Assembly: GCA_030390025.1 (NCBI GenBank)
Contig: CM059438.1
Location: 62,498,001 to 62,562,000, forward strand
Direction: 5' to 3'
Origin: Squalus acanthias
Lineage: Eukaryota
Length of the DNA: 64,000 bases
In this document: positions 24,300 through 37,100 of the stretch, one piece after another
Layout: each line of letters begins with the position of its first letter
Position numbering within the stretch: the stretch's first letter is position 1
The notes under the pieces: model-generated
Databases searched by the model: none
Seen by the model: only the letters and a program-made list of their open reading frames with translations
Told to the model about the DNA's origin: nothing
Program-made: the position numbers and the translations under genes

Positions 24300-24400
24300 A
24301 AGAGAAGCCATCAAGTTCATTTACACCTCGCTCCCCACCCCCTCAACCCCCACCCAGCGCCAATAAGGAGGGCTCCAATTAGCATATTGATCCAATCAGG
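24300..24400 (+). promoter_or_regulatory. Putative proximal promoter of the POU5 gene
   Basis: TCAAGTTCA nuclear-receptor extended half-site (24311-24319), two CCCCACCC KLF/Sp boxes (about 24333-24355), three CCAAT boxes (24360, 24375, 24392) and an ATTAGCAT octamer variant (24378-24385), all 140-230 bp upstream of the ATG. Confidence 0.55.
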
Positions 24401-24539
24401 CTGCTCAGTCGAGCCCCAAAGGTCCATCTCGTCCCCCCTGGCTCAATGAGCTGAGTGTAGTGGGCCTGGGTTGACCGCTTCAGTGATGGACCTCTGGAGC
24501 TAGGTGGTGCTTGTGTCTGTGGACGAACCGGTTGGAAGC

Positions 24540-25199
24540 ATGTCTGGCCGGCCAATTAGTCCTGGCCAAGGAGCTAATCTGGCCAGGCCAATCCATTCCC
24601 CAGAAAGACCTCCTCTCTTGCCTTTTGGCAATGGGGTTGTTCAAGATGTAAGCGCTCAGTTTTATAAGCCCGTTTACAATGGTATCTTTCCTTTCCCACC
24701 TCTCAAAGCAGAATATGGCCATGCACAGGGTCAGGCAGGGGACTCTGCGGCGGTGTCCCACTCCGGCTACTGGTATCCATTCACCCCCACTGACCCACCA
24801 CCCCATGGACCGGTGCATGGCCATCAGGGCAGCGGGCATGCTTCGCCCCTGGCTACCCCCGGAGGACTACTCAACCGATCGGAGATCAAAACGGAGAAGG
24901 AAAGCAAGGGCTTCCCCCAGGAGGCGAGCTACAGCACCCCGACTCCCCCAACCCCTTCCTACAACCACCGCTGGAGCACCACCTTTTGGCAGCCGGCCCT
25001 CGCCGCCTCCACCACCACCTCCTCCACCTCCTCGGCCCCGCTTCCCAGCCAGACCTACCCTGGGTTCGGCGCCTTCCCTTCGCCCCCACAGATGTACCCC
25101 AGCCCCTCGCAACAGAGCGACAGCAGCCAGCCTGCCCAGTCCAACACTGGCTCCACCGGGACAACCAGCGAGGAAGGACAGTCCAGCGACAGCGAGGAG
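24540..25199 (+). CDS. pou5f1: POU5 exon 1: N-terminal Pro/Ser/Thr-rich transactivation region
   Basis: ATG at 24540 follows an in-frame TAG at 24501. Motifs [28 protein letters not shown] and SSDSEE resemble fish/amphibian POU5 N-termini. Donor GAG|GTAGCT at 25199/25200. Confidence 0.88.
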
Positions 25200-28100
25200 G
25201 TAGCTTTTTCATTCAAATGTTTAAAACATAAAATTTTGTTTAAACGAAAGTCAAGTTTTGCTTGGAATCTTGAGGTTTTTTTTCCCTCCATGGGGTGCAA
25301 TGTAAAATGCAGAATTTTCTCCATGTATTTCAGGGTGGCGAATATCTTCAACTCCCCAGGTCTCTCCTGGGCTGTCCTTGCTGCCTGTAAATAAACGTGA
25401 CCCCCACCTCCTGCTTCTCATCCTCTCAGTCCCTGGTTCTCTGTCTTTGAAGTTTCTAACTTCTGCAAACTGTATTTTAAAGTTCGGTCTGTTTTTGTTG
25501 GACTTGTACAACGGGTTTCCGTATCTGAGAAGTCTGTCTGCAGGATTGGAGAGCCTTTGTGGGATCTTGGAGTTGTTGATTTAATGGGGTGGCCTGGCAG
25601 TGTTTTCTGTGTGTTCAGTGTAAGATGTCTCACTTTCTATGGATCATAGTCTTTTAATGTTTAACAGAGAAACAATTGAGCTACTACATAGGAAACCTAG
25701 TGTTCTAGAGAACTTGATTAACTTAATGTTTGATACAGTATCATTTTGGTTCCATGACCGCGCACCCTAACTTTCAATTAGCTCTAAATGCTTGGAATAT
25801 GAACAGCTCTTCCCAACTTTATCCTCTCTTGTGCTTAAAGGAATATCCCACCAAAGAAAGAATGGAACAGTTTGCCAAAGAACTGAAACACAAAAGGATT
25901 ACACTTGGCTTCACACAGGCTGATGTTGGATTGGCTTTGGGGAATCTCTACGGTAAGTCAGCCTGAGTGTCTCTCCTTTTCTGAAGTTGTGTACGCTTAC
26001 TGGGATAATTGATGTTAAAACCACCAATGCTATAATTCCATTAAGAATATACAGTACAGTACCAGTACAACTTACAGGGAGCTGGTGTTTGAAAATATGC
26101 TACGTGTTCTTGCAATTCCCATCTTTAATTTGGGATGGTGACTGGTTAGGGCCAGTGATTGTTGGAGGGAGGTGGGATAGTGCAGGCTGCTATAAATTCA
26201 AAGGGTTCTCTTGAGAAATGTTGATGTTATGATTCTCCTCTAGTTCTTTTTAAGCTATGTTTGGGGGAGGGGGGGGTGGTGGTGGTGAGGGGTGGAGGGG
26301 GAGGGGGGGTGCTGGTGGTGGTGAGGGGTGGAGGGAGAGGGGGGAAGAGGAAGGGAGGGAAGAGAGAAAAACATTGGCTCAAATGTTAAATTCTTTTTGA
26401 ACCTGAACATTGAGCGTGGCGTTGCAAACGTCAGGGTTTTTATAAGCTTGCCTCCCATCCTCCACCCTCTGAAAACGTCATCTCATCCAAAACTCTGCTG
26501 CCCGATCCCATACCAAGTCCTGCTCAACCCATCACCCCTGTCCTCGCTGGTTTGCCGTTGGCTCCTAATCCTCCAATTTTAAATTCTGATCCATGTTTAA
26601 ATCCATTCATAGCCTTGCACTCCCTCCCTATCTCTGTGACCTCCCCCCCTCAAACTCTCAATTCCACAAACTTTTGCCTTTTGTACATCCCTGATGTCGC
26701 ACCCCCCGGCAATTATTGTCAGCCATGCCTTTATCTGCTGCTGGAACCCTCGTCCGTGCTTTTTGTTATCCCTGGACTCGACCATTCCAATTCTCTCCTG
26801 GCCAGCCTCTCCTCCTCCACCCTCCATAAACTTGAGCTCCTCTCAAACTCTACTGCCCGTGTCCTAACTTGCACCAAGTCCCATTTACCCATTAGCCCTC
26901 TGCTGTTTGTGGGACCTTGCTGTGCGCAAATTGGCTGCTGTGATTGCTTACATTACAACAGTGACTACATTCCAAAAGTACTTAATTGTCTGCCCATGTG
27001 TTCTAATATCTCCTTGTGTGGCTTGTGTCAAATGTTGTCTCCTGTGAAGCACCTTGGGATGTTTTACTAAGTTTAGGGTGCTATATAAATGCAAGTTGTT
27101 ATTACCTCTCCATCTCCCTCTCCTTTTAGGATTCTACTTAAAGCCCACCTTGTTATTTCATTCTTGTGGGTGTCCATTTTTTTTGGTGTCTATTACACCT
27201 CTGAAGTGCCGCGGGATGCTTTTCATCGTAAACGGTGTTGCATAAATGCAAATTGTTTCATTGGCTTCTGATTTTTGCAATCCTGCTTTGCTATTTTCCG
27301 CAATACAAAGGTGCCTTACTGACTTCCAATCTGATCTGAGGTGCCAGACAGCAAAGCTGAGTTACAGTGAAACTCAGCTAGCTTAATGAGAAGATCTGTG
27401 CCAGTGTTAAGCATGTACTGCTTTCAGCTTCCCAAGTGATGTGTGTTTTCACAGAATCACAGAATCAGAGAATCCCCACAGTGCAGATAGAGGCCATTTC
27501 GGCCCATCAAGCCTGCACCGACACATATCCCACCCTATCCCCGTAACCCCACGTATTTACTCCCCCCTAACACTAAGGGTCAATTTATCATAGCCAAATC
27601 AACCTAACCCGCCCATCTTTGGACTGTGGGAGGAAACCGGAGCACCCGGAGGAAACCCACGCAGACACGGGGAGAATGTGCAAACTCCACACAGACAGTC
27701 ACCCGGGGCCGGATTCGAACCCGGGTCCCTGGCGCTGTGAGGCAACAGTGCTAACCACTATGCCACCGTGGGGAGGAAGGGGAAGAAAGTGGAGCACTGA
27801 TTCTTTAATTTAAGAACATAAAGTTAAGATTGTAAAATTCCCAGGATTCCTGTAGTTTCACGATGGACTGGAGTTGTATTAATGTTCAAATGAGGAAGCG
27901 ACCCCCCTAGAGATGCTCCTGCATCATTGGTGCTGCTGCTGATTCTGTGCTGGTGAATTGCAGTGGCCTGTGTTGTCCCCAGAGATGGCATTGTTGCTGT
28001 AGAAATGGGGGGGCCAGTGTACAATTTGCTGCTCTTCAGCAGAATCTCTTGAACCTTTTTTGTCCATTCCCTTCATTATTTCCCTTCCACCCCCAAAGGT

Positions 28101-31100
28101 GTTGACTCCCTTACTGGGATGGTGGTTCCACTCGTGTGTCTTCTGGTTACCTTGCCCAAGAGGCCATTATTGGTGGGAGCCCAGAAAGAGTATGGCGTCT
28201 TGCGTCTTATCAGCCGAGGACAACCTGAACCAAGCTGGATCCCAGCCTCCTTGTCCGAGATCCGCTCACAGTGTTCAAGTCGGGCTCACCGGCGATTGAT
28301 CTGCACTGAGATTTATTTTTCTCCTCTCCTCTCTGCTAATTCAGTACCAGTACCAATCAGCAATTGAACCCAAGACCTTCCTCTTTGGGGCTCCAGTTTT
28401 ATCTCTTGAGCCATGGCACGTGTTGGTGTGCCTTTGACTTTTTTTTAAAGGAAAGGAAACTTACGCAATTGATACAGCCCATTGTTGCATTTCTCAGCAC
28501 TTTACGTACAAGGACTGGTGAAGCGGGGATTGTTCTCCTCGATCAGAGATGGTTACGGGGAGATTTAATAGGGGTGTTCAAAATCCTAAAGGGTTTTGAT
28601 GAGAATAAATAAGGAGAAGCTGTTTCCATTGGCAGAAAGGTCAGTAACCAGAGGACACCGATTTAGCGTAATTGGTAAAAGAACCAGAGGCGACATGAGA
28701 ATTTTTTTTTACGTAGCGGTTCTGATCTGGAATGCACTGCCTGAAAGGCAGATGGAAGCAGATTTAATAATAATAACTTTCGAAAGGAATTGGATAAATG
28801 CTTGAAGGGAGGAAGAAATGTGCACGGCTATGGGAAAAGGCAAGGGAATGGGACTAATTGGATAGCTCTTAAGAGCTGACACAGGCATGATGGGCCGAAT
28901 GACGTCTGTACTGTATCATTCTCGGATTCCTTTTTTAAAAAAAAAGTGCAATCGCTGTAGCCATGCATGAGCATGCAGTTGCCATGTTGCTCGCAGCAAG
29001 GTCCCACAAATGCCAGTGAGATGTTTTTGGTGGAGTTGCTTAAGGGAAAAATGTTGGCCAGGACACTAGTGAAACTTTTTTGAATAGTGCCATGGGATCT
29101 TTATTTGAACAGACAGGACCTTGGTTTAATGCTTCAGCTGAAGATTTCACACCTTTGACAATGCAGTATTCCCTCGGTACTAGTGTTGGCCTAGAATCTG
29201 TGCTTGAGTGGGGTTTGCACTTCTTCAGGCTGCGCTGGGGTGCTGCCGTGTCAGTGGTGCCATCTTTCGGATGAGATGTTAAACAGAGTCTAAACTGTCT
29301 GCCCCCTCGGGTGGGTGTAAAAGATTCCACGGCACTATTTAAAGACGAGCAGGGGAGTTCGCCCCGGTGTCCTGGCCAACATTTATCCCTCAACCAACAC
29401 CTAATAAACAGATTATCTGGTCATTATCGCATTGCTGTTTATGGGACCTTGCTGTGCGCAAATTGGCTGCCGCGTTTCCCACATTACAACAGTGACTACA
29501 CTTCATTGGCTGTAAAGTGCTTTGGGACGTCTTGAGGTTGTGACTTACGGAGGGGTGAGTGATGCATAGCAGTGAAGGAGGAAAGAGTCATTTACAATCC
29601 TTTACATAGGATATACGGCACAGAAACAGACCATTCGGCCCAACCAGTCCATGCCGGCATTTATGCTCCATTCGAGCCTCCTCCCGTCTTTCCTCATCTA
29701 ACTCCGTCAGCATAACCCTCTATTCCCTTCTCCCTCATGCTTATCTAACCGCCCCTTAAATGCATCTATACTATTCGCTTCAACCACTCCCTGTGGTAGC
29801 AAGTTCCACATTCTCACCACTCTCTGGGTAAAGAAGTTTCTTAAATTCTCTATTTGATTTCTTGGTGGCTATCTTATATTGATGGCATCTAGTTTTGCTC
29901 TTCCCCACCAGTGGCAATACTCTGAGTAGACACGATCAAAACCTTTCATAATTTTAAAGATCTCTATTAGGTCACCCCTCAGCCTTCGCTTTTCAAGAGA
30001 AAAGAGACCCAGCCTGTTCATCCTTTCCTGATGGGTATAACCTCGCATTTCTGGTATCGTCCTTGTAAATCTTTTTTGCACCCTCTCAAGTGCCTCTATA
30101 TCCGTTTTTATAATATGGCGACCAGAATTGTGCGCAGTACTCCCAAGTGTGGTCTAACCAAGGCAAAGCGATTTTTGTTTTGCGCCCATGCTAAAGTTAG
30201 TTTAAGTGTAACCGTAATCAGTTGTGGCACACTCACTGGCTGCATGATGAGGATCTGGCCCACTGCTTCTAAAGGTTGGACACCCCTGCCCTACATCTTC
30301 CCCTATCAGCATCTAACAGTTTGTTTCTTGCTCCCATGCTAACTCTTCACTATTCACAAGGATTACATCTATTGGCCCAGTTATCTTAAAGATCTGAACC
30401 TGGTTCAATGCAATGGTCCCTCATTCGCCCTGCTTCCTATTTCGGTATCCGCAACAAATGGATTTACTTACAGTACTTTTCCTTTGCAAACTGAGCAGTG
30501 AAGGTTCCCAGCCTAATGCCTGGGGTACTCTGCTCATAAACCCCTTTTTGAATAGTTTCTGCTTAAAGATTCTGTGTCTTCCTGTTATTTATAACCAATT
30601 TTTCACCCAGTTATTATCACTTTTTTTCCCCTTCTCTGTGAATCCTCATCTCTGCCATTAGACATCAGTGTGGAAATTTGTCACAAGCTTTCTGAAAATC
30701 CAGGTACAATCAAACCCTAAAGTACCTTGGCAAACTGGCCATTTGTTAACTGTTTGTACATAGCATTTGCAAAATGCAGGAATACACCAGAACACTCTTG
30801 GGGGGGGGGTGGGGGGGGGAAATTCAGTTGGTTTGCGCCTCCCGTTAGCGCCTTAAGAGGGCGCTAATGGGGCGCAAAGCAACTAGCTCCCGTGCGCAGC
30901 GATGTTTGCGCCGCTCATGAAATTAACTAGACATTTTGCGGTGGCGCTAAACACTACCGCCACGATCTTTTGCGCCGGCAGGTCATGACGTCAGTCGAGT
31001 GTGCAACGCCCCGGTAGCGCCCCGGACCGGATATTGAGTGGCGCCCCCTGCCTTACTGCCTGCCGCTAGCAATGACCTGTTGGGGGAGCATTTTGCAGTC

Positions 31101-34100
31101 AGGAAGGGACTGGGGGAGCGCTATTTAAAGGCGAATGCTTCCTGCCTTTTTTTGTTGGTGACATTTTTGCACCACGCATTCTGAGAGAGAGAGAGAGAGA
31201 CTTCTGGAGAGATTCAATGCTGTGTGAAGGAGTTTTGGGTACAGAGCAGCACTTTGCAGGTTCATTTTGATTTGCCCTTCCTTGTATCGATTTAGAAGAG
31301 ACTATGGGGGCTGCACTCTGAGCTCTTTCCCTGGTTCTCTCCATTGTTCTTTCCAGCAGATTTGATGTACAGGTCTCTCCAGGCCGAGATTCAAGGCTGC
31401 AATGAACCAGGGCATGCAGGCATAATTCAGTCCCCAATTTAAAGTTGTGGGTTTGATTTATTTTTAAAATGGAAACTGTAAACTTGTCACGCTGTAATTA
31501 CACCCTCCAGCCAGTGGAAATGCTGCAGCGCCACCCCTGGCAGGAGGGTGTGATTACAACCTGACCAACATTGGCCGTTTCCATTACAGATTCCTTTGTC
31601 TACATCTATAATGGAAGTTGACTGTGTGCAGAAGCAAGGTTGACAAGCTGGTGTTAAAATTTAATAGTAGTATGGTTAATTGCATTTTCGATTTTTTTTT
31701 TTTTTTTTTTTCTTTTTCTTTTCTATTCTCATTTCAACCAACACATTCTGCATCAGCTGTCGCTCCATTTCTCCAGCCCAGTAATATTTAATATTTAAAT
31801 ATGCGCTTTTCCCTCCTGATTCCTGTGCTGGTTTCAAGTTGGAGGTGGCAGAGCAGGATAGGTGCAGGGAGGGGAGCAGCAGCAGGTATAGGCCGCAGTA
31901 CAAGAGGTTCCACTTGTGCAAATGTTCCCACTTGTCAAAATATTTGCACGTAACGGTACCATGCATGTCCTTTGTGCTGTATGTGGGGATTCACTGTGTG
32001 GAGTGGGATTCACTGTGTGGAGTGGGATTCACTGTGTGGAGTGGGATTCACTGCGCGGAGTGGGATTCACTGCATGCTGGTAGTGCAAAGGCAAAGTGCA
32101 ATATCACTGTAATGTTTCTGGCGGGGAGGAGGTGAAGTTCCAGTTTAGTTAAAACAACTTTCCTTTCAATGTATTTGGGTGAAAAATTCTCAATTCCTCC
32201 CCCCCCCCCCCCAGGGGTGATTCTCTTAACCTGCACATTGATTGGGGAAAACTGAGCAACTGTTGGGAATGAATATTTTCTGTTGGTTATGATTAATCTG
32301 TCTACTTTTGTCCTGCCAATTTTCTTCCCGCTCCTCAAAAGTGTTGATTCCTTCCTAGGCCTCATGACTCGTTCAGGTGACTGTTCAGGTGTGAGCTGTG
32401 ATGGGAAGTGTTGGTCGGTTGTTGACCCCCCCCCCCGAGTGCACTTGCCTGACATCCACACACGTGGACTTGGAGCTGGGGTGAAGGAATAGCAAAATAA
32501 CAACAGAAAACGCTGGAAAAACTCAGCAGGCCAGGCAGCATCCGTGGAGAGAGAAACAGAGTTAACGTTTCAGGTCGAAGACCTTTCGTCAGAACTGGAA
32601 AAAAAGCAGGAAATGAAATAGATTTAAAGCAAGTATAATGCTGGGAAAAGGGGGAAGGAATAACAATTGGGAGAGAAAACTGTTCTTCCTCCTTCCCCCC
32701 CATGCCTGCTGAGCTAACTCTGCACGCACTGGGGCTTGAGCTGAGATTCCCGGTCTGTAATACAGTAGTGAGAAATCGCACAACATCAGGTTATAGTCCA
32801 ACGCGACATGTAACCCCACCTGACGTAGAGTCATCCAGACTCGAGTCGTCGTTGGCTTGTTCTCTCTACACAGATGCGGCCGGACCTGCTGTGATTTCCA
32901 GCAAAAAAAGTTTTTTGTTTTCCATACAGACCCCAGCATCTGCCACATTGTCTTTGATGTAATGTTTTCCTGACTGACCTGTTTGGACACCATCCACACC
33001 TTTGATTGCCGTGATTATCTCTCTGCCGAGGTGTGATAAAGGGCAGTTGGAAAGATTAACTATAATCATCTGGCAGTGTTCTCTGACTATATATGCTGTG
33101 CCTATATGCATCTCTTCACTTCACCTGATGAAGGAGCAGCGCTCCGAAAGCTTGTGATTTCAAATAAAGCTGTTGGACTATAACCTGGTGTTGTGCGACT
33201 TCTCACATTTGTCCACCCCAGTCCAACACCGGCATCTCCACATCATGTAATACAGTAGTTCAGATCTGTGTGCCGTCTTGTTGCTGCATCAAGTTTACTT
33301 TGTTCTGTAGCCAGAGTCCATTCACAAGGCTGTTCTAAAACGATTGGCTACATGTGGGGATCTGGCGTGGTGCAGCTTTAGTACAACGCATCTGTTTGAA
33401 ACTGCTGGTCGGCACATGCTTTCACTGCAGCATTGTGGACCTGGACTGTCGGTGAAAGGGTCACTTGGTGCTGTTGCCCACGCATCGAGTCCGGCAGGTG
33501 AACGGCTCGTTTCCTGCATCTGATCATCCCAAGATAACCGTGACACGAGCAGCTCTGCCTTTTTTTTTTAACCATGATTTGTTCGCTCACCTTCTCATCC
33601 TCCATATGCCCACTGATGAAAATTCTTCCGCCTCCATTTTAGGGAAGATGTTCAGTCAGACCACAATCTGTAGGTTTGAAGCATTGCAGCTGAGTTTCAA
33701 AAACATGTGCAAACTGAAACCGATACTCCAGCGCTGGCTGAACGACGCAGAGAACAATGGCGGGCTGCACGAGGTAGGAGCATCTTGCTGACGTTGTAAA
33801 ATCCATAATGCTCATACCATAGTGATGGATAATTGTACTGCCCCCATCGCTGTTCCTTCTGGCACCTGGGTGGATTGCTCTTTGTGTGAGCGTTGATAGT
33901 TTTTGGCAGGATATTTTACTGGGGGGGGGGGATTGAGTGCACTCCTGTCTCATGATGTCGCCAAGTATGAACTTTCCATGATCGAAGTGGATAGGCTCAC
34001 ACTTGCTCCCCACTTCCAGTGCCCCAACTGCTTCCCTGGTAGAAATCAGCAAACTCACTAATAACCAGGGCAGAGGCTCCGAATCTTCCCAGTCTGTGTG

Positions 34101-37100
34101 GGTGATTAACCACTCCAAGTGACGTATTTAATCCTCGCACTAAGGCAGAGATGGTTTAAGAACCTCTTCTGTTCATCTGTTTGGTGAAATGTTAGACTAC
34201 AAAGGTCGCAGTAATTAACTTGTAGCTACAGTGTATGTTTGGAACCTAAACCTTTGATGTGCAAATTTTTAATAATCCTGGAATAGGCCAAACTAAAGGA
34301 TGGCTTCAACTAAAACTCTCCCCTTGAAATAGTCTCTCAATTCTGAGCAATCCAAGTTTACTTACCCACCTGACCTTCCCATTATTCATCACTGGAGCTA
34401 GAAAGCATTTGATCAATCTTTGTCCAATTTGCTCACTGCTTCTGCTAGTTGTGCCAAATGCCCCACTGGTGGCCTGTTCTACCTGTGAGTCTTGGTGGTG
34501 AGTGAGTGACTCGTTGTGGGGCTACCTGGATCCCGTGTGACAACAGCAGGAAGTCCTCGAATGTAAGTGTCCTGTGCAAGTAAATAGTGAAATGAATTGA
34601 GTCTAGCCACAGGCTACGTGGAAAGTTCTGGAAGATATGAACATAGGTTTCTCTCTTTTTTGTCCTTGCATTCGAATGTTCTTAATGTAATGGTTGCTTT
34701 TCAATCTTTCCCCCCCCCCCCCAAGATTTGTAATGTGGAGCAGGTTCTGGATCAGTCCAGGAAACGCAAGAGGAGAACCAGCATTGAGAACGGCGTGAAG
34801 AGAAACTTGGAGACCTACTTCATGAACTGCCCCAAGCCCACGAGCGAAGAAATCTCCCAGATTGCTGAAGACCTTCGATTAGACAAAGAGGTAATTGCTT
34901 CTGTGCCTTTTTAATGGTCAGCATCGTTGGATTACCACTCCCAGCAACAACTTGCATTTATATAGCACCTTTAACATAGTAAAACCTTCCAAGGCGCTTC
35001 ACAGGAACATTATCAAACACAATTTGACACCGAGCCGTAGAGATATCAGGACAGGAGACCAAGATAAAGGAGAAGCGAGCTAAAGATGCGGAGAGGTTTA
35101 GGGAGAGAATTCCAGAGCTTAGGGCCACGGCCGCCAGTGGTGGAGTGATTAAAATCAGATCTGCCAAAGGCCAGAATTGAAGGAGCAGAGATCTCAGGGT
35201 TGTGGGGCTGGAGGAGGTTACAGAGATGGGGAGGGGTGAGGTCATGGAGGGATTTGGAAACCAGGATCAGCATTTTAAAATTGAGGCGTTGCTCAACCGG
35301 GAGCCAATGTAGATCAGCGAGCGCAGGGGTGAAGGGTGAACGGGACTTGGTGCGAGTTAGGATACGGGCAGCAGAGTTTTGGATGAGCTTATGGAGGCTG
35401 GAAAATGGGAGACCAGCCAGGAGTGTGTTGGAATAGTCAAGTCTAGAGGTAACAAAGGCATGGATGAGGGTTTCAGCAGCAGATGAGCTGATGCAGGGTC
35501 AGAGACAGGCGGGCAATGTTACGTCGGTGGAAGTAGGCTGTTTTAGTGTAGGAGTGGATATGGGAGCGGAAGCTCGTCGCGGTCAAATAGGAAACCAATG
35601 TTGTGAATGGGCTGGTTCAGCCTCAGTGGCCAGCGAGAGGGATGGAGCTGGAGGCCAGCGAGAGGGATGGAGCCGGTGGTCAGTGAGAGGGATGGAGCCG
35701 GTGGTCAGTGAGAGGGATGGAGCCGGTGGTCAGTGAGAGGGATGGAGCCGGTGGTCAGTGAGAGGGATGGAGCCGGTGGGCAGCGAGAGGGATGGAGCCG
35801 GTGGTCAGTGAGAGGGATGGAGCCCGTGGGCAGCGAGAGGGATGGAGCCGGTGGCCAGCGAGAGGGATGGAGCCGGTGGCCAGGGAACGGAGTTTGTGGC
35901 GGGGACTGAAGACAGTGGCTTCCCAATATTTAGTTGGAGGAAATTTCTCCCCGTCCAGTACTGGCGGTCGGACAAACAACGTGCCAAAGCAGAGACAGTG
36001 GCGGGGTCGAGTGAGGTGATGGTGGGGTAGAGCTGGGTGACCTGGCCAATATTCATCCTTCAATCAACATCACTACAACATTATCTGGTCATCATCACAT
36101 TGCTGTTTGTGGGAGCTTTCTATGCGCAAATTGGCTTTCGCGTTTCCCACATTACAACAGTGACTACATTCCAAAAAGTACTTCATTGGCTGTAAAGTGC
36201 TTTGGGATGTCCTGAGGTTGTGAAAGGCGCTATATAAAGGCAAGTCGGTTTTTTTTCTTTCTTTACTTGTGGAACTTGATGTGTTTTCAGATGTTGTCTG
36301 AGGGGCAGCATGTCGATGAGAAATAGGAGGGGGGGTCAAGGATAGATACTTTGGGGGTCTCCAGAGTTCTCTGGCTACAGCTGGAGAGATAAGAATGGGA
36401 CCAAGTAAGGGCAGTCGCACCTAGCTGGACGACAGAGGAGTGACGTTGAAGGACGATGGTGTGGTCAACCGTATGAAAGGCTGCCGACAGCTAGCGAAGG
36501 ATGAGGAGGGATAGTTTACCACAGTCACGGTTACAAAGGATGTCATTTGTGACTTTGATAAAGGCCGTTTCAATGTTGTGAACGGGGCGGAAACGGGATT
36601 GGAGGGATTCGAACATGGAGTTATGGGAAAGATGGGCATGGATTTCGGCGGCAGCAACACGTTCGAGGACTTTGGAGAAGCAGTGGAGGTTGGAGATGGG
36701 GCGGTAGTTTGCGAGGACAGAGGACAATGTAAAATGTGTAACTTTGAGTGCAGATCACCGTATATGCCAGAAAAGGAAGGGTGTAATTTGAGGGAAGAGT
36801 TATATACCGGGCCAATGTTGATCAGCCCCCAGACTGCCAGATACTTGTCTCAGTGGCAGGTAGAGGGAAGGAATCCAAAAAGGGATGGGGACAGAAACTA
36901 GTTATGTACTGTATAAATAAAGTACTGATTGGTACTCTCCAAAATGTTACACGTTGCACAAATAATTATATATGATGATGAGGAGCAATGCAGAATGCAT
37001 TCTGCTAAGGTGAAGGTGTCCTTATTAAGGCTGCAGCCTAATCACTAATTCGAGTTTATTCAAAGGTTTATTATTTTTTGGTTAATTGTTTTTGGGCTGC

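Noticed and set aside
24504..25394. 296-aa ORF as a single-exon gene starting at GTG
   Set aside because: It is POU5 exon 1 read through the donor at 25200; the ATG at 24540 and the spliced frame explain it.
27246..27253. Perfect octamer ATGCAAAT in intron 2
   Set aside because: A one-base variant of the L2/SINE tail ATAAATGCAAGT, with no adjacent Sox site.
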